From an uncultured Alphaproteobacteria bacterium (GTDB lineage: Bacteria > Pseudomonadota > Alphaproteobacteria > Rs-D84), in contig CAMWON010000003.1 in NCBI GenBank assembly GCA_947175875.1, positions 72,746 to 136,745 on the forward strand: a DNA stretch of 64,000 bases, given 5' to 3'. Shown piece by piece: positions 36,657 through 46,978 of this stretch. Position 1 is the first letter of the stretch; every line of letters starts with the position of its first letter. The notes below the pieces were generated by a model. The model was not told where the DNA came from and made no database searches. It saw only the letters and a list, made by a program, of their open reading frames with translations. A program made the position numbers and the translations under genes.

Positions 36657-37631
36657 ATGAACCAAAAATTTTTGGATTTTGTTCAGCCATTTTTATCCGC
36701 CCGCATGGCTGTTGCGGTCAGTGGTGGCGTGGATTCCGTCGCTTTGTTGCACTGGCTGGTGGCGGCGGGGGCCGACGTTGTGGTTTTGCATGTAAATCAC
36801 GGCCTGCGCGCCGCCGCAAATGCAGAGGAGGAATATGTCCGCGCCACCGCCGCGCATCTGGGCGTGCCGTGCCATGTGTTCCATTGGAACGGGGACAAGC
36901 CGGCCGCCGGGATTGAAGCGGCGGCCCGCACCGCCCGCTATCGCATGATGACGGATTTTTGCCGGGCGAACGGTCTGGAATACCTGGCCGTCGCGCACCA
37001 GGCCGACGACCAGATTGAAACATTTTTGATGAATTTGGCCCGGGGCAGCGGTGTCGCGGGTCTTTCCGGAATGCGCGACGTGACAATGCGCGACGGGGTA
37101 AAAATCTTGCGCCCTTTGCTTCAGGTGCCGCGCGCCGCGCTGGAACAGTATTGCAAGGATAACAATATCCGGTATTTTCATGACGAAATGAATGACGACG
37201 CGCGTTATATGCGTGTACGCATTCGCAAAAACAGACATGTGTTGCGTGAAATGCTTGGCATCAGTGACGAGCGCATCCTGCTTGCCATGCGTAATCTGGG
37301 GCGCGCCCGCGATGCGGCGGCCGTGGATGTCGCCGCGGCGGTCGAAAGTGTGATGGATGGCGACCGTGCGATTTTTTCTGATTCTTTTCTATTTGACCTG
37401 GGCGCCGATATTGGATTACAGTTTATCGCGGCGCTTATCATGAAGATAGGTGGGGGGGAATATCAGCCGCGCTTGAAATCATTGGAAATGGCATTAGATA
37501 AACTAACGTCCGATTGTAAATTTACGCTGGGGCGGTGTGTTGTCAGACGCCTTGGCGATAAAATTTTAATCGCCCGCGAAGGTGCGCGTACAAGTTTTAG
37601 GAAAAGACATGAAAACAAGCATAAAAAATAA
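36657..37631 (+). CDS. tilS: tRNA(Ile)-lysidine synthetase
   Basis: PP-loop SGGVDS near the N-terminus. A short alphaproteobacterial-type TilS. Confidence 0.8.
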   Translation: MNQKFLDFVQPFLSARMAVAVSGGVDSVALLHWLVAAGADVVVLHVNHGLRAAANAEEEYVRATAAHLGVPCHVFHWNGDKPAAGIEAAARTARYRMMTDFCRANGLEYLAVAHQADDQIETFLMNLARGSGVAGLSGMRDVTMRDGVKILRPLLQVPRAALEQYCKDNNIRYFHDEMNDDARYMRVRIRKNRHVLREMLGISDERILLAMRNLGRARDAAAVDVAAAVESVMDGDRAIFSDSFLFDLGADIGLQFIAALIMKIGGGEYQPRLKSLEMALDKLTSDCKFTLGRCVVRRLGDKILIAREGARTSFRKRHENKHKK

Positions 37632-39507
37632 GAAAAACAAGTTCTTTGGAAATAAAAAGGGCGACGGTTCGTCTGTCTTTCTGGTAATTTTCGTCGCATT
37701 GTTTGTTGCGGTGATGCTGCGTGCATTTATGACGGGCGGCGGCGCCCCGATGAGCATGGGCGCGAACCGTGCGGCGCCGATAGAACTGTCTTTTTCGGAC
37801 GTACTGCGCCGCGCGCCGGATATCAAAACCATGCAGATTCACGGCCAGGACGCGCGCGGAACCTTAAACGACGGAACAAATTATCGTGCAACAATCGCAT
37901 ACGATCCGGAATTGCTGGAGAAATTGGCCTCAAACGGTGCATCTATTTCTATTGATACGTCCAAGACATGGCTGGACCATTTGGGAACATGGGTTCCGAT
38001 TTTGATGGGGCTGCTGTTTATATGGTGGATATTCCGCGGAATGCGCGGCGCGGCGGGCGGTGGCATCGGACGCAGTATCATGGGGCAAAACCCGACCAAA
38101 ATCGCCACCGGCAGCAAGACCACCTTCAAAGATGTCGCCGGAATTGATTCCGAAAAACAGGAATTAATGGAAATTGTCGACTTCTTAAAACACAAGGACA
38201 AGTTCAAGGCGGTCGGCGCGCGCGTGCCGCGGGGCATCTTGCTGTCTGGCCAACCGGGTACCGGTAAAACATTGCTGGCCCGTGCCATCGCAGGCGAGGC
38301 GAACGTTCCGTTCTTTGCCGCCTCGGGCAGTGACTTTTCCGGCATCATCGTCGGACTTGGCGTGGCGAAAATCAAAGAAATCTTTGAAATGGCGAAACGC
38401 AATGCGCCGTGCATATTGTTTATCGATGAAATCGACGCCATCGGCCAGCGCCGCAGCCAGCATTCATTCAACGACCAAGACCGCGAACAGACATTAAACC
38501 AGCTGTTGATTGAAATGGACGGATTCTCGAACGATACGGGAATCATTGTAATCGGTGCGACAAACCGCGCGGATATGCTGGACCCTGCATTGTTGCGTCC
38601 GGGCCGTTTTGACCGCCAGGTTTATATTGAACTGCCGGATATGGCGGGCCGCCGCGAGATTTTGGATTTATATTCCAAAAAAGTGAAAATTGACGGCAAG
38701 GTAAACCTGCAGGACGTTGCCCGCGGCACCACCGGATTTTCAGGCGCCGACCTGGAAAACCTGTTGAACGAGGCCGCGCTGCATGCCGTTCGCAGCGGTC
38801 GCCATGAAATCGCCCCCGCGGATATCGAAGAGGCACGTGATAAAATTTTAATGGGCCCGCGCAAGATTCGCAAAATGCGCCCCGAGGATATAAAGTTAAC
38901 TGCATATCACGAGGCCGGCCATGCCTTTGTTTCCCAGGTGTATGCGGACGTCACCGACCCGATACACAAGGCGACGATCATTCCGCGCGGACGTGCACTG
39001 GGCATGGTTCAGCATTTGCCGATAGACGACAAAGTATCAATGACAATATCCGAGGTTCGCGCAAATCTGGCCGTGTCATTGGCCGGCCGCGCTGCCGAAG
39101 AGGTTTTCTTTGGCGCCGACAAGATTACGACCGGCGCGGAATCGGATATCGCATCTGCAACCCGTCTGGCGCGTTATTCGATAACGACGGCGGGCCTGTC
39201 GCCAAAGATAGGCATGGTTGCGGTAAATCAGGCCGCCGCGTTCAATTCGCGCGCGCCGTTGGAAAATGCGTCTGAAAAAACCGCGGAGATAGTCGATGGC
39301 GAAATTCGCGCATGGCTGGACCGTGCATACGCCGACGCATCAAAATTATTGCGCGCAAACCGTGAAACGGTGCGTCGCCTGGCCGAAGAGTTACTGGCCA
39401 AGGAGACATTGACCGGCGACCAGATAAAGGCGATTGTATCCGGCCGGAAAAAGAAAGCTTCCACACGGGGACGCAAAGATGCAAAATCCACAACAAAATC
39501 AAAATAA
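37609..39507 (+). CDS. ftsH: ATP-dependent zinc metalloprotease FtsH
   Basis: Two TM helices, AAA+ Walker A GQPGTGKT, Walker B ILFIDEIDA, SRH, and the HEAGHA zinc site. Confidence 0.95.
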   Translation: MKTSIKNKKNKFFGNKKGDGSSVFLVIFVALFVAVMLRAFMTGGGAPMSMGANRAAPIELSFSDVLRRAPDIKTMQIHGQDARGTLNDGTNYRATIAYDPELLEKLASNGASISIDTSKTWLDHLGTWVPILMGLLFIWWIFRGMRGAAGGGIGRSIMGQNPTKIATGSKTTFKDVAGIDSEKQELMEIVDFLKHKDKFKAVGARVPRGILLSGQPGTGKTLLARAIAGEANVPFFAASGSDFSGIIVGLGVAKIKEIFEMAKRNAPCILFIDEIDAIGQRRSQHSFNDQDREQTLNQLLIEMDGFSNDTGIIVIGATNRADMLDPALLRPGRFDRQVYIELPDMAGRREILDLYSKKVKIDGKVNLQDVARGTTGFSGADLENLLNEAALHAVRSGRHEIAPADIEEARDKILMGPRKIRKMRPEDIKLTAYHEAGHAFVSQVYADVTDPIHKATIIPRGRALGMVQHLPIDDKVSMTISEVRANLAVSLAGRAAEEVFFGADKITTGAESDIASATRLARYSITTAGLSPKIGMVAVNQAAAFNSRAPLENASEKTAEIVDGEIRAWLDRAYADASKLLRANRETVRRLAEELLAKETLTGDQIKAIVSGRKKKASTRGRKDAKSTTKSK

Positions 39508-40135
39508 GTTTGAAATACTGCGCATGCCGCCGGAAAACACGAATTCCGTGTTGGTGGCATGCGGCGCGGATGCGGCGATTTTCGACCCGTGGGGTCGCGC
39601 CGACGACTGGTCGCGCGTGCTGGACGCGCGCGGATTAACCCTGCGCGAGATATATGCGACGCACGGTCATCCGGACCATATTTCCGCTGCGGCGGACTTG
39701 TCGCATAAATATAATGCGCCATGGTATATGTCGCCGGCGGACAATTCGCTTATCGGCTGGGGGAGCGAGCTGCTGGATTTCTTTTCCATTCCGCATATCT
39801 GCGCGCACTCGGCAAATCCGTCGCCGATTGTGCCGGGGCGCCGCAATGTGCTGGGTAAAATACCGATGGATATAATCGCCGCCCCCGGACATACGCCGGG
39901 CGGACTGTGCTTTTATTTCCCAAATGAAAAAATATTGTTAACCGGCGACACCGTTTTTCACGACGGATTCGGACGATATGATTTCCCCGGTGGCAATCAG
40001 CAGGTTCTGTTCCAATCGATTTCCAATCTGTATAACATGAACCTGCCGGCGGATACCTATGTCGTTCACGGCCATGGCGCAGACTCCACCATTGCCGGGT
40101 TAAAAGAATCCAACCCGTATTTTCGTGCGATTTAG
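39479..40135 (+). CDS. MBL-fold metallo-hydrolase (glyoxalase II-like)
   Basis: Metal-binding motif THGHPDH plus downstream His/Asp ligands. Confidence 0.7.
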   Translation: MQNPQQNQNKFEILRMPPENTNSVLVACGADAAIFDPWGRADDWSRVLDARGLTLREIYATHGHPDHISAAADLSHKYNAPWYMSPADNSLIGWGSELLDFFSIPHICAHSANPSPIVPGRRNVLGKIPMDIIAAPGHTPGGLCFYFPNEKILLTGDTVFHDGFGRYDFPGGNQQVLFQSISNLYNMNLPADTYVVHGHGADSTIAGLKESNPYFRAI

Positions 40136-40188
40136 AAAAAAGAAAATAAAAGAACCGGCGGGGTATCCCGCCGGTTTGTTTTGCCGAT

Positions 40189-41451
40189 TTACATCTGTAT
40201 GAACAGGTTGGGCCTGTCTTTTAATTGCTCTATCGCCGTATCGACAACCTTGCGGTATTCGATGAACTTTTTCTTGTCCCCCGACCCCAGGTTGCTTATC
40301 GCCGGCAACTTTACCGTCATCGGATTTACATGCTTGCCGTTTTTGATAATTTCATAGTGCAAATGCGGCCCCGTTGACAGCCCGGTGGAACCGGCGTATC
40401 CGATAATCTGGCCCTGGCGTACGGTTGTGCCGACATTTACGCCCTTGGCAAAGCGTGACATATGCGCATACAGCGTTTCAAATGTTCCGTTGTGGCGTAT
40501 TTTTACATAATTTCCGTGCCCGCGGTTATAGCTGCGTGCGACAACGCGTCCCGCACCCGCCGCCGGAATAGGGGTCCCTGTCGGTGCGCGGAAATCAACG
40601 CCCTTGTGCGCCCGGGTATATCCCAGAACCGGGTGCTTTCTGCCGCCGGAAAAGCTGCTGGTAATTTTTGCATTGTTAATAGGTGTGCGCTTCAACGATT
40701 TGATTGCGCCGTTGCCGTTTTCGTCATAATAGCCGGTCGTTCCGTCCGCCTTGCGGAAGCGATACATTTTTACGTCGCCGCGCAAAGACTTAAACGAAAT
40801 CGCGATAACATTGCCGTTGTCGATTTTCTGGCCGTTGGAATAGTTTTCTTCGTACAGCACCGAGAAGTTCTGGCCCGCGCGAATATCGCGTTCAAAGTCC
40901 ATTTCAAACGCCAGCAGGTCATACACATCGGCCAGTATGCCCGCCGGTATTCCCGCGCGCATTCCCGCCAGATAAAAGCTGTCGCCATCCAGAATTTCGC
41001 CCGCACGATAAACCGCGCGCGTGTCACGTTCAATGTCAATCGTGTTGCACTGCCACGTGCCGTCTTCGCCGCATGTTAATTCCACCTGGCGCCACGGGGA
41101 CGGAATAACGACGATTTTGGATACCGGCGAATCGTCCTGAGCACGTCGGAATTCAATCTTGTCCTTGTCCGCGCGCAGGGTGGAAATACCCGCATCGGAT
41201 TTCAGAACATTTGCAATCGCCGTGATTTCATTGTGGCTCAGCCCCTGCTGTGACAGCAGCTTTGACAGTGTGTCGCCGGATGCGACCACCACCACCGAAG
41301 TACATTCTTTGCCGACCACATCGCCACCAATTATGGGGCCGCGGCGGTTTGTGGCAACCACATATGCCGCCACCAGTGTCATCAGGACGGCCATGCCGAT
41401 AACCAGGCGCGTCAGGTTTTTAGTTGTCATAATATCTTTTGCTTTTTTCAT
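40189..41451 (-). CDS. membrane-anchored M23 family peptidase
   Basis: The start MKKAKDIMTTKNLTRLVIGMAVLM (TM) is used. C-terminal M23 motifs HKGVDF and GPHLHYEI are present. Confidence 0.75.
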   Translation of the reverse strand: MKKAKDIMTTKNLTRLVIGMAVLMTLVAAYVVATNRRGPIIGGDVVGKECTSVVVVASGDTLSKLLSQQGLSHNEITAIANVLKSDAGISTLRADKDKIEFRRAQDDSPVSKIVVIPSPWRQVELTCGEDGTWQCNTIDIERDTRAVYRAGEILDGDSFYLAGMRAGIPAGILADVYDLLAFEMDFERDIRAGQNFSVLYEENYSNGQKIDNGNVIAISFKSLRGDVKMYRFRKADGTTGYYDENGNGAIKSLKRTPINNAKITSSFSGGRKHPVLGYTRAHKGVDFRAPTGTPIPAAGAGRVVARSYNRGHGNYVKIRHNGTFETLYAHMSRFAKGVNVGTTVRQGQIIGYAGSTGLSTGPHLHYEIIKNGKHVNPMTVKLPAISNLGSGDKKKFIEYRKVVDTAIEQLKDRPNLFIQM

Positions 41452-41472
41452 AAGCCCGATTATAATCGTTTC

Positions 41473-42234
41473 ATGAAAATAAATCAAGCCTTCACAATCC
41501 TGCAGCGTGCCGGCGGCCTGCGTGCCGCGCGAATTATAACTGATAACAATCGGAAACTGTCGCGATTTGGAACATATTTTATCGCATGGCGACTGCGTCG
41601 TGGGACCCCTGTGGCAAAAATAATTCATCAAAAATGGTTCTATGGCCTGTCGTTTTACACAAACAGGCGCACCCTGGACCCGCGGCCCGATACGGAAACG
41701 CTGGTCTCGGCGGTAATTGCCGACGGGGCGCCGACGCCGCGCATATTGGATTTGGGCACGGGTACGGGCTGCGTACTGATATCGTTGATAAAAAATATTC
41801 CCGGCGCATGTGGCACGGGCGTGGATTTGTCATGCGGTGCGGCGCGCGTCGCACGGCGCAATGTCCGGGCGCTGTGCCCGGGGCGCGCAACCATCATGCG
41901 GCGCAGTTATCACCGCCCGCAAATGCCCGGCGCGCCGTTTGATATAATCGTGTCAAATCCGCCCTATATTGCGCGCGGCGACGCACGTGTTGACGCCGGC
42001 GCCCGGCACGACCCGGCCATGGCCCTGTACGCGTCCGACGATGGATACGGGGAATATAAAGTCATTGCGCGCAATGGGCGCGCCTGGGTGCGCGCGGCTG
42101 GGCGCATTTATTTGGAAATAGGGGACGGCATGGCCCCCCGCGTCCGCGATATATTTACATCGGCCGGCTGGCGCTTTGTCCGCGCGGAAAAGGATTTGGC
42201 CGGCATAACCCGCGTCCTGGTGTTTGAAAAATGA
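41473..42234 (+). CDS. prmC: release factor glutamine N5-methyltransferase
   Basis: SAM-binding LDLGTGTG and the NPPY motif (IVSNPPYI). Confidence 0.8.
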   Translation: MKINQAFTILQRAGGLRAARIITDNNRKLSRFGTYFIAWRLRRGTPVAKIIHQKWFYGLSFYTNRRTLDPRPDTETLVSAVIADGAPTPRILDLGTGTGCVLISLIKNIPGACGTGVDLSCGAARVARRNVRALCPGRATIMRRSYHRPQMPGAPFDIIVSNPPYIARGDARVDAGARHDPAMALYASDDGYGEYKVIARNGRAWVRAAGRIYLEIGDGMAPRVRDIFTSAGWRFVRAEKDLAGITRVLVFEK

Positions 42235-42599
42235 AACAGTTGACGGACAGTGATATTGAAAAAATGTCTGCCGGGGAATTTACCCCAGACTTTAAAAGCG
42301 TAAACCGCTCGGTCCGGGGCCAGCTGCGCCTGGGGCGCCTAATCCCGCCGGCGCCGGAACCTCTTCCAAAGTGTCCGCGCCTTGACCTGCATCAATATAC
42401 GGAGCAACAGGCCTGGGACGCGATAATGTCGTTGGCCGAATCCGGCGCGCGCGATGCCGTAATCATTACCGGGGCCAGCGGTGTTTTACACCGCCTGTTC
42501 CCCGTATGGGCGACCGAAAGCGTATTGACGCCGTATATCGTATCGTGGTCCCCCATAAACAACGGCAGTTTTGCGGTTAAATTTAAAAAGCAATCTTAA
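42231..42599 (+). CDS. Smr domain-containing protein
   Basis: LDLHQYT...ITG core resembling the Smr (LDLHG) nuclease domain. The start overlaps the prmC stop (ATGA). Confidence 0.55.
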   Translation: MKQLTDSDIEKMSAGEFTPDFKSVNRSVRGQLRLGRLIPPAPEPLPKCPRLDLHQYTEQQAWDAIMSLAESGARDAVIITGASGVLHRLFPVWATESVLTPYIVSWSPINNGSFAVKFKKQS

Positions 42600-43725
42600 C
42601 GGTCGCGTGTACGTCATGCGCGGTATAGTCGCTGCGACTGTGCAGAGTGTATGTCGCCTCGGCGGCGATTTTTGCGCCATATAATCCAATGCCGCCGCCC
42701 GCGCGCAGTTCGGTTCTGTTGGGCGCGTGCACCGGCATGTCATAGTGCTGGTTTGTTATAAGGCGCGTTGCAACCCTGTCGGTTCCGTTGTGGATTATGT
42801 CGTATCCGGCGCCGACCTTTACCGTGGGGCGCACAACCATGCCGCCGACGGCGAATGTCAATCCGACGCTGGCGCCGGCATCAACGCTAAGCGTGTTGTA
42901 CCACCACTTTTTGAAATCCTGGGCGGCGGCGTCAACGTGTTTTTCATTGATAAGGCGCGTGTAACGCGTGGATATTTCCGGCACCAGCGTTAAACGCCCG
43001 CGCCCCAGCACCATTCCGGTGGTAATTTGTCCAGAATACAGGTCCGTATCAAAAGATGTTTTGTTCGCCACCCCCGCGACGGTCTTGTCCAGGTCCCATT
43101 GAGTCTGACCTGCGGCCAGCGCGATATTCATGTACCATCCGTTCTCGCCCATGTATTTTGTGAACAGACTGATTATATCGCTGGCGCCGTCCGCCTTCAG
43201 AGGCATGTCGTGCGTCTTGGATTTCGCATAAGTATATCCCACGCCGAACGCCAGACCGTCCGTCACATATGCGTACGCGCTGACCCCGGCACTGCTGGTG
43301 CGCATTTCAAAATCGTCGTTTTTGTGGTGTTCGAACTTGTCTGTTCCACCGCCGCCGTGCGCGTTCAGGACGAATGTCTTTGTCCCGCCGTCGCGCCGTG
43401 ACTCCAATGGTGTCGCTGCCGCCGCGTATGCCGCGTCCAGATGGCGCGTGGCCTCAAATATTGTCATTGCCGTGTTGTTAAAGGCCAGCACGGACATAAC
43501 GTCATACAGGCGCGCGTCGTTATGAGCGTCGTTCATTGCGCTCATACGGGCCGCGATTGCCCCGCCGCGCATCGGCGTGCCAATAAGACTGTCCCATGCG
43601 TCCGCGGCCTGAACCAAGTATTGCGGGGCGTCCCTGTATTCCGCAATCGTATTGCCCATTGGTGTTGTCGCCCCATGCGCGGCGGCACTAAAACATAGCA
43701 TGGCACATATGTAAATTTTTTTCAT
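42583..43725 (-). CDS. outer-membrane beta-barrel protein (autotransporter/OMP-like)
   Basis: The start MKKIYICAMLCFSAAAHG is a signal peptide. Gly/Tyr/Thr-rich strands with a C-terminal ...ATVKIAF. Confidence 0.5.
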   Translation of the reverse strand: MKKIYICAMLCFSAAAHGATTPMGNTIAEYRDAPQYLVQAADAWDSLIGTPMRGGAIAARMSAMNDAHNDARLYDVMSVLAFNNTAMTIFEATRHLDAAYAAAATPLESRRDGGTKTFVLNAHGGGGTDKFEHHKNDDFEMRTSSAGVSAYAYVTDGLAFGVGYTYAKSKTHDMPLKADGASDIISLFTKYMGENGWYMNIALAAGQTQWDLDKTVAGVANKTSFDTDLYSGQITTGMVLGRGRLTLVPEISTRYTRLINEKHVDAAAQDFKKWWYNTLSVDAGASVGLTFAVGGMVVRPTVKVGAGYDIIHNGTDRVATRLITNQHYDMPVHAPNRTELRAGGGIGLYGAKIAAEATYTLHSRSDYTAHDVHATVKIAF

Positions 43726-43791
43726 GACTCGCCCCGTTTTTTTGATTATGATACGGGCGGCCCGATTGAATTTTAACAGGAACCATTTGCT

Positions 43792-44733
43792 ATGAAGAAA
43801 GTCAAGACTGTATATGACCATATACGCAGTAATAATTTAAAGACAATTTTGCTGGTCGCGCTGTTTCCGATAATCTTTATCGTGCTGGTGTTTTTGTTCT
43901 CGTGGATTGTTATCCCGGCGTCCGACGCGTTGCAGGTTGCGCTGGGTGTTGCGATTCCGACCGCCGCGGCCTGTCTGATTTGGAGCGGTATATCATGGGC
44001 CTTTGGCGACTCCATGATATTAAGCGTTGCCGGCGCGCATGAAATCCATGATACGGACCCGGCAAACCGTGAAATATTTCGCAGTGTGGAAAACGTGGCC
44101 CTGGCGGCGGGCCTGCCGACACCGCGTGTGTATATTATTGACGATGATTCGATGAACGCGTTCGCCACGGGGCGCAGTCCGCGCGACGCGTCGGTCGCTT
44201 TAACCCGCGGAATTATAAAGCGCTTGAACCGGCTGGAACTCGAAGGCGTCATCGCCCATGAAATGTCTCATATCGGCAATCGCGATATTCGTCTGGATAT
44301 GTTTTTGATAACGGGCGTCGGGGTGACCGTGTTCGCCGCGGACGTCCTGTTGCGCGTCATCGCATCCGGCGGCGCACGCAGTAATAATGACGATAACAAG
44401 TCCGCCGGTGCCGTGCTGCTGATGGTGTGGCTGGCGTTTATGGTGTTTAACTTTATCATAACGCCGTTGCTGCGCATGGCGATTTCCCGTAATCGCGAAT
44501 ATGCCGCCGATGCCACGGGTGCCCAGATTACACGCAACCCGCACGCACTGGCGTCGGCATTGCGTAAAATTACAACGGACGCGCGCGTGGAATGCCTGGA
44601 CAAGGTAAAGGCAATGTCCGCAATGTGCATTGCAAACCCGCGCGGCCCGCGTGAGTTCATCGGTGACCTGTTGGCGACGCACCCGCCTGTGGAAAAGCGT
44701 ATCGCGCGACTGGAATCCATGCAGAAACAATAA
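43792..44733 (+). CDS. htpX: protease HtpX (M48 family)
   Basis: TM helices plus the HEMSHIGNRD (HExxH) zinc motif. Confidence 0.85.
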   Translation: MKKVKTVYDHIRSNNLKTILLVALFPIIFIVLVFLFSWIVIPASDALQVALGVAIPTAAACLIWSGISWAFGDSMILSVAGAHEIHDTDPANREIFRSVENVALAAGLPTPRVYIIDDDSMNAFATGRSPRDASVALTRGIIKRLNRLELEGVIAHEMSHIGNRDIRLDMFLITGVGVTVFAADVLLRVIASGGARSNNDDNKSAGAVLLMVWLAFMVFNFIITPLLRMAISRNREYAADATGAQITRNPHALASALRKITTDARVECLDKVKAMSAMCIANPRGPREFIGDLLATHPPVEKRIARLESMQKQ

Positions 44734-44744
44734 GGAATAATAAA

Positions 44745-45326
44745 ATGGCAAAATTACATTTTCACTATGGAACGATGAGCAGCTCCAAATCCGCCCAGTT
44801 GATTATCAACGCCTATAATTTGAACAACCAGGGCAAACAGACGGAAATAATCAAACCGCAGACGGACAACCGTTTCAGTGAAGACAAGGTAAATTCCCGC
44901 GTCGGCATATCGGCCAATGCCACGGTGTTAAAAACTTTGGACGGTTACGCGCCGCACCCGGATACCAAAATGCTGTTGATTGACGAAATACAGTTTTTCG
45001 CGCCGTCCGATATCGATGCGCTGGTTCGCATTGCCGATAACACGCCGATAATCGTAATGTGCTATGGCCTAATGGTTGACAGCAACGAGCAGATTTTTCC
45101 CGCTTCGCGCCGGTTGGTAGAGGTCGGCGCCAAACTGCACCGCATGGAATCAACGTGCCAAATGCCGGGCTGCATGCACCTGGCGACGCACCATCTGCGC
45201 TTTGATGCGAATGGTCGCGTTGTGCGCGCCGGCGCCCAGATTGCCGTCGGTGACAGCAACTATAAATCGGTCTGCCGCATGCATTATAACCGGATGTATT
45301 ACGGTAAAAACGAAAAGACGAAATAA
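44745..45326 (+). CDS. tdk: thymidine kinase
   Basis: P-loop GTMSSSKS, the LIDEIQFF box and a C-terminal zinc-binding Cys cluster. Confidence 0.85.
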   Translation: MAKLHFHYGTMSSSKSAQLIINAYNLNNQGKQTEIIKPQTDNRFSEDKVNSRVGISANATVLKTLDGYAPHPDTKMLLIDEIQFFAPSDIDALVRIADNTPIIVMCYGLMVDSNEQIFPASRRLVEVGAKLHRMESTCQMPGCMHLATHHLRFDANGRVVRAGAQIAVGDSNYKSVCRMHYNRMYYGKNEKTK

Positions 45327-45340
45327 TTCGTAATTATTTC

Positions 45341-45368
45341 TTGCATTTTAAATAAATAGGTATAAAAT
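45341..45368 (+). promoter_or_regulatory. sigma70-type promoter of tRNA-Arg
   Basis: TTGCAT, a 16-nt spacer, then TAAAAT, ending 11 nt upstream of the tRNA. Confidence 0.5.
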
Positions 45369-45379
45369 ATAACAACGTT

Positions 45380-45456
45380 GCGTCCATGGCTCAATTGGAT
45401 AGAGCATCTGACTACGGATCAGAAGGTTGGGGGTTCGAATCCTCCTGGACGCGCCA
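45380..45456 (+). tRNA. tRNA-Arg (anticodon ACG)
   Basis: Acceptor stem GCGTCCA/TGGACGC, anticodon arm TCTGA-CTACGGA-TCAGA, T-loop GGTTCGAATCC, and a 3' GCCA. Confidence 0.85.
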
Positions 45457-45506
45457 GAATTAAACCGACCTTGTGTCGGTTTTAATTTATTAATAAGGGG
45501 GAAAAT

Positions 45507-45848
45507 ATGGCATCAAGTGCGGAATTTATAAAATTTGTTTCAGACCAGGTGTCGACCGCGGGCGACAATATCCGTTATCGCAAAATGTTTGGCGATTATA
45601 TGCTTTATTGTGATGACCGTCCGGTGTTGCTGATATGCGACGACACGGTGTATGTAAAGCAGATTCCCGAAACCATGTCTATATTTGCCGCGCACGGCAT
45701 CACGCCGGATGCGGGCGTTCCGTATAATGGCGCGCGTCCACATTGGATTCTGGACATCGAAAATATTGATTTGTCGGTTGACATGGTGCGTGAACTGGCG
45801 CGCGTATTGCCGGTGCCAAAGCCAAAGAAAAAGAAAGTCTCAAAATAA
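45507..45848 (+). CDS. TfoX N-terminal domain-like protein
   Basis: The 113-aa sequence MASSAEFIKFVSDQVSTAGDNIRYRKMFGDYMLYCDD... resembles the TfoX/Sxy N-terminal domain. It has a lysine-rich tail. Confidence 0.5.
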   Translation: MASSAEFIKFVSDQVSTAGDNIRYRKMFGDYMLYCDDRPVLLICDDTVYVKQIPETMSIFAAHGITPDAGVPYNGARPHWILDIENIDLSVDMVRELARVLPVPKPKKKKVSK

Positions 45849-45851
45849 ACA

Positions 45852-45875
45852 AGCGCCCGTTTGGGCGTTTGTTCT
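45852..45875. terminator. intrinsic terminator AGCGCCCGTTTGGGCGTTTGTTCTT
   Basis: Hairpin plus T-rich tract immediately after the stop. Confidence 0.45.
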
Positions 45876-46051
45876 TATCTGTATATAGCATGTTGATAGT
45901 ACGTAAAAAAATAGTTGTTTTATATGCCTAATTAAAACGTACGTTTCTTTTCAACATAACTTTAACGCCGCAAAAGCGCCCTTGTCAAGCCTGTTTTTAT
46001 GCTGAACATAATCCTAGGTTTTTATGCGTAAAGCAAAAAAAAGGGAAGAGG

Positions 46052-46348
46052 ATGAATAAACGTTTTTTGTTCTATGTTTGCGTGGCGGCCTTTGTCGCCT
46101 TGGCTGGGAATAGGGCATACGGTGCCATAGCATGCAAAGTATATAGTTGTAATGTCGGGTACTTTGCCTCAGAGTATTCCTGTCCCAGATGTCCGGCGCT
46201 GCAGCGTGCAGATGGTGGAATGCAATATGGAATAACAGCATCGGCGGGGCTGTCGGATATTACCGCGTGCTATGTTCCGGCGGGTGTTAAGTATAAAGAT
46301 GCCGTCGGCGAGTTTGAATTCGTATCAAACTGTAATTATTCACGATAA
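46052..46348 (+). CDS. secreted cysteine-rich protein (family member, 98 aa)
   Basis: Signal peptide MNKRFLFYVCVAAFVALAGNRAYG. The C-terminus ITACYVPAGVKYKDAVGEFEFVSNCNYSR shares the CY-P-G ... C-Y motif. Confidence 0.55.
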   Translation: MNKRFLFYVCVAAFVALAGNRAYGAIACKVYSCNVGYFASEYSCPRCPALQRADGGMQYGITASAGLSDITACYVPAGVKYKDAVGEFEFVSNCNYSR

Positions 46349-46362
46349 AGGAGGGAGCGGTA

Positions 46363-46917
46363 ATGGCAAAGCAGATAAAAAGTTTTTGGTTAAAGCTAAC
46401 AGCTTGTTTTTTTACATTGTATTTTGCACCAATCGGTCACTTGATATTGTCGCTGTTTGGCGTACGCACAAATACGGGAAAAGCATATGCGGGAACAGTA
46501 TATTGCGAAAACAATTCTTCGACTAAGCGGGAGTGCGCAGGGCACAGCGGAAATGTTCAGGGCGGTGAGACAATTCGGTGTACGTGTCTTACGAATTCGT
46601 CCATGGTCTATGACCTGGAATGTGTCCCTGAATATCGTGGCGCTTGGAATCATGAATATGAAGAGGCATATTTTAGGGAGAGTGGCTGTTATTCTTTAAA
46701 CGCGTGTTCGCCAAACGGATCAACAAAAGACTGTAGCACAGCGTCGCAATATTGCACCCAGACCTGTACCGGTGGTGTATGGGGGGTAAAAGTATGGGGT
46801 AATTGCAAGTCGGGATATATAAAAATCAATGGTTCTTGTACCGCAGAATGCTCTATTTCCAATGGCAAAGGATATGAAGTTGAAGAAAGCTCTTCGTCGT
46901 CATCTTCTGAAGCATAA
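46363..46917 (+). CDS. secreted cysteine-rich protein with poly-Ser C-terminal tail
   Basis: N-terminal hydrophobic segment, 17 Cys, and an SSSSSSSEA tail. It lies 14 nt after the previous gene, so it is probably co-transcribed. Confidence 0.5.
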   Translation: MAKQIKSFWLKLTACFFTLYFAPIGHLILSLFGVRTNTGKAYAGTVYCENNSSTKRECAGHSGNVQGGETIRCTCLTNSSMVYDLECVPEYRGAWNHEYEEAYFRESGCYSLNACSPNGSTKDCSTASQYCTQTCTGGVWGVKVWGNCKSGYIKINGSCTAECSISNGKGYEVEESSSSSSSEA

Positions 46918-46978
46918 TATATTTGCGCCGGCGTTTGTGTATAACCGTCAGCTGGAGCCGAATTTATGGGCCCCCGAT

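Noticed and set aside
46829-46978. Extended N-terminus (50 aa) of the NTase ORF overlapping the end of the Cys-rich gene 46363-46917
   Set aside because: The upstream in-frame ATGs lie inside the preceding gene. The first ATG after its stop (46979) is taken as the likelier start, but this is not certain.
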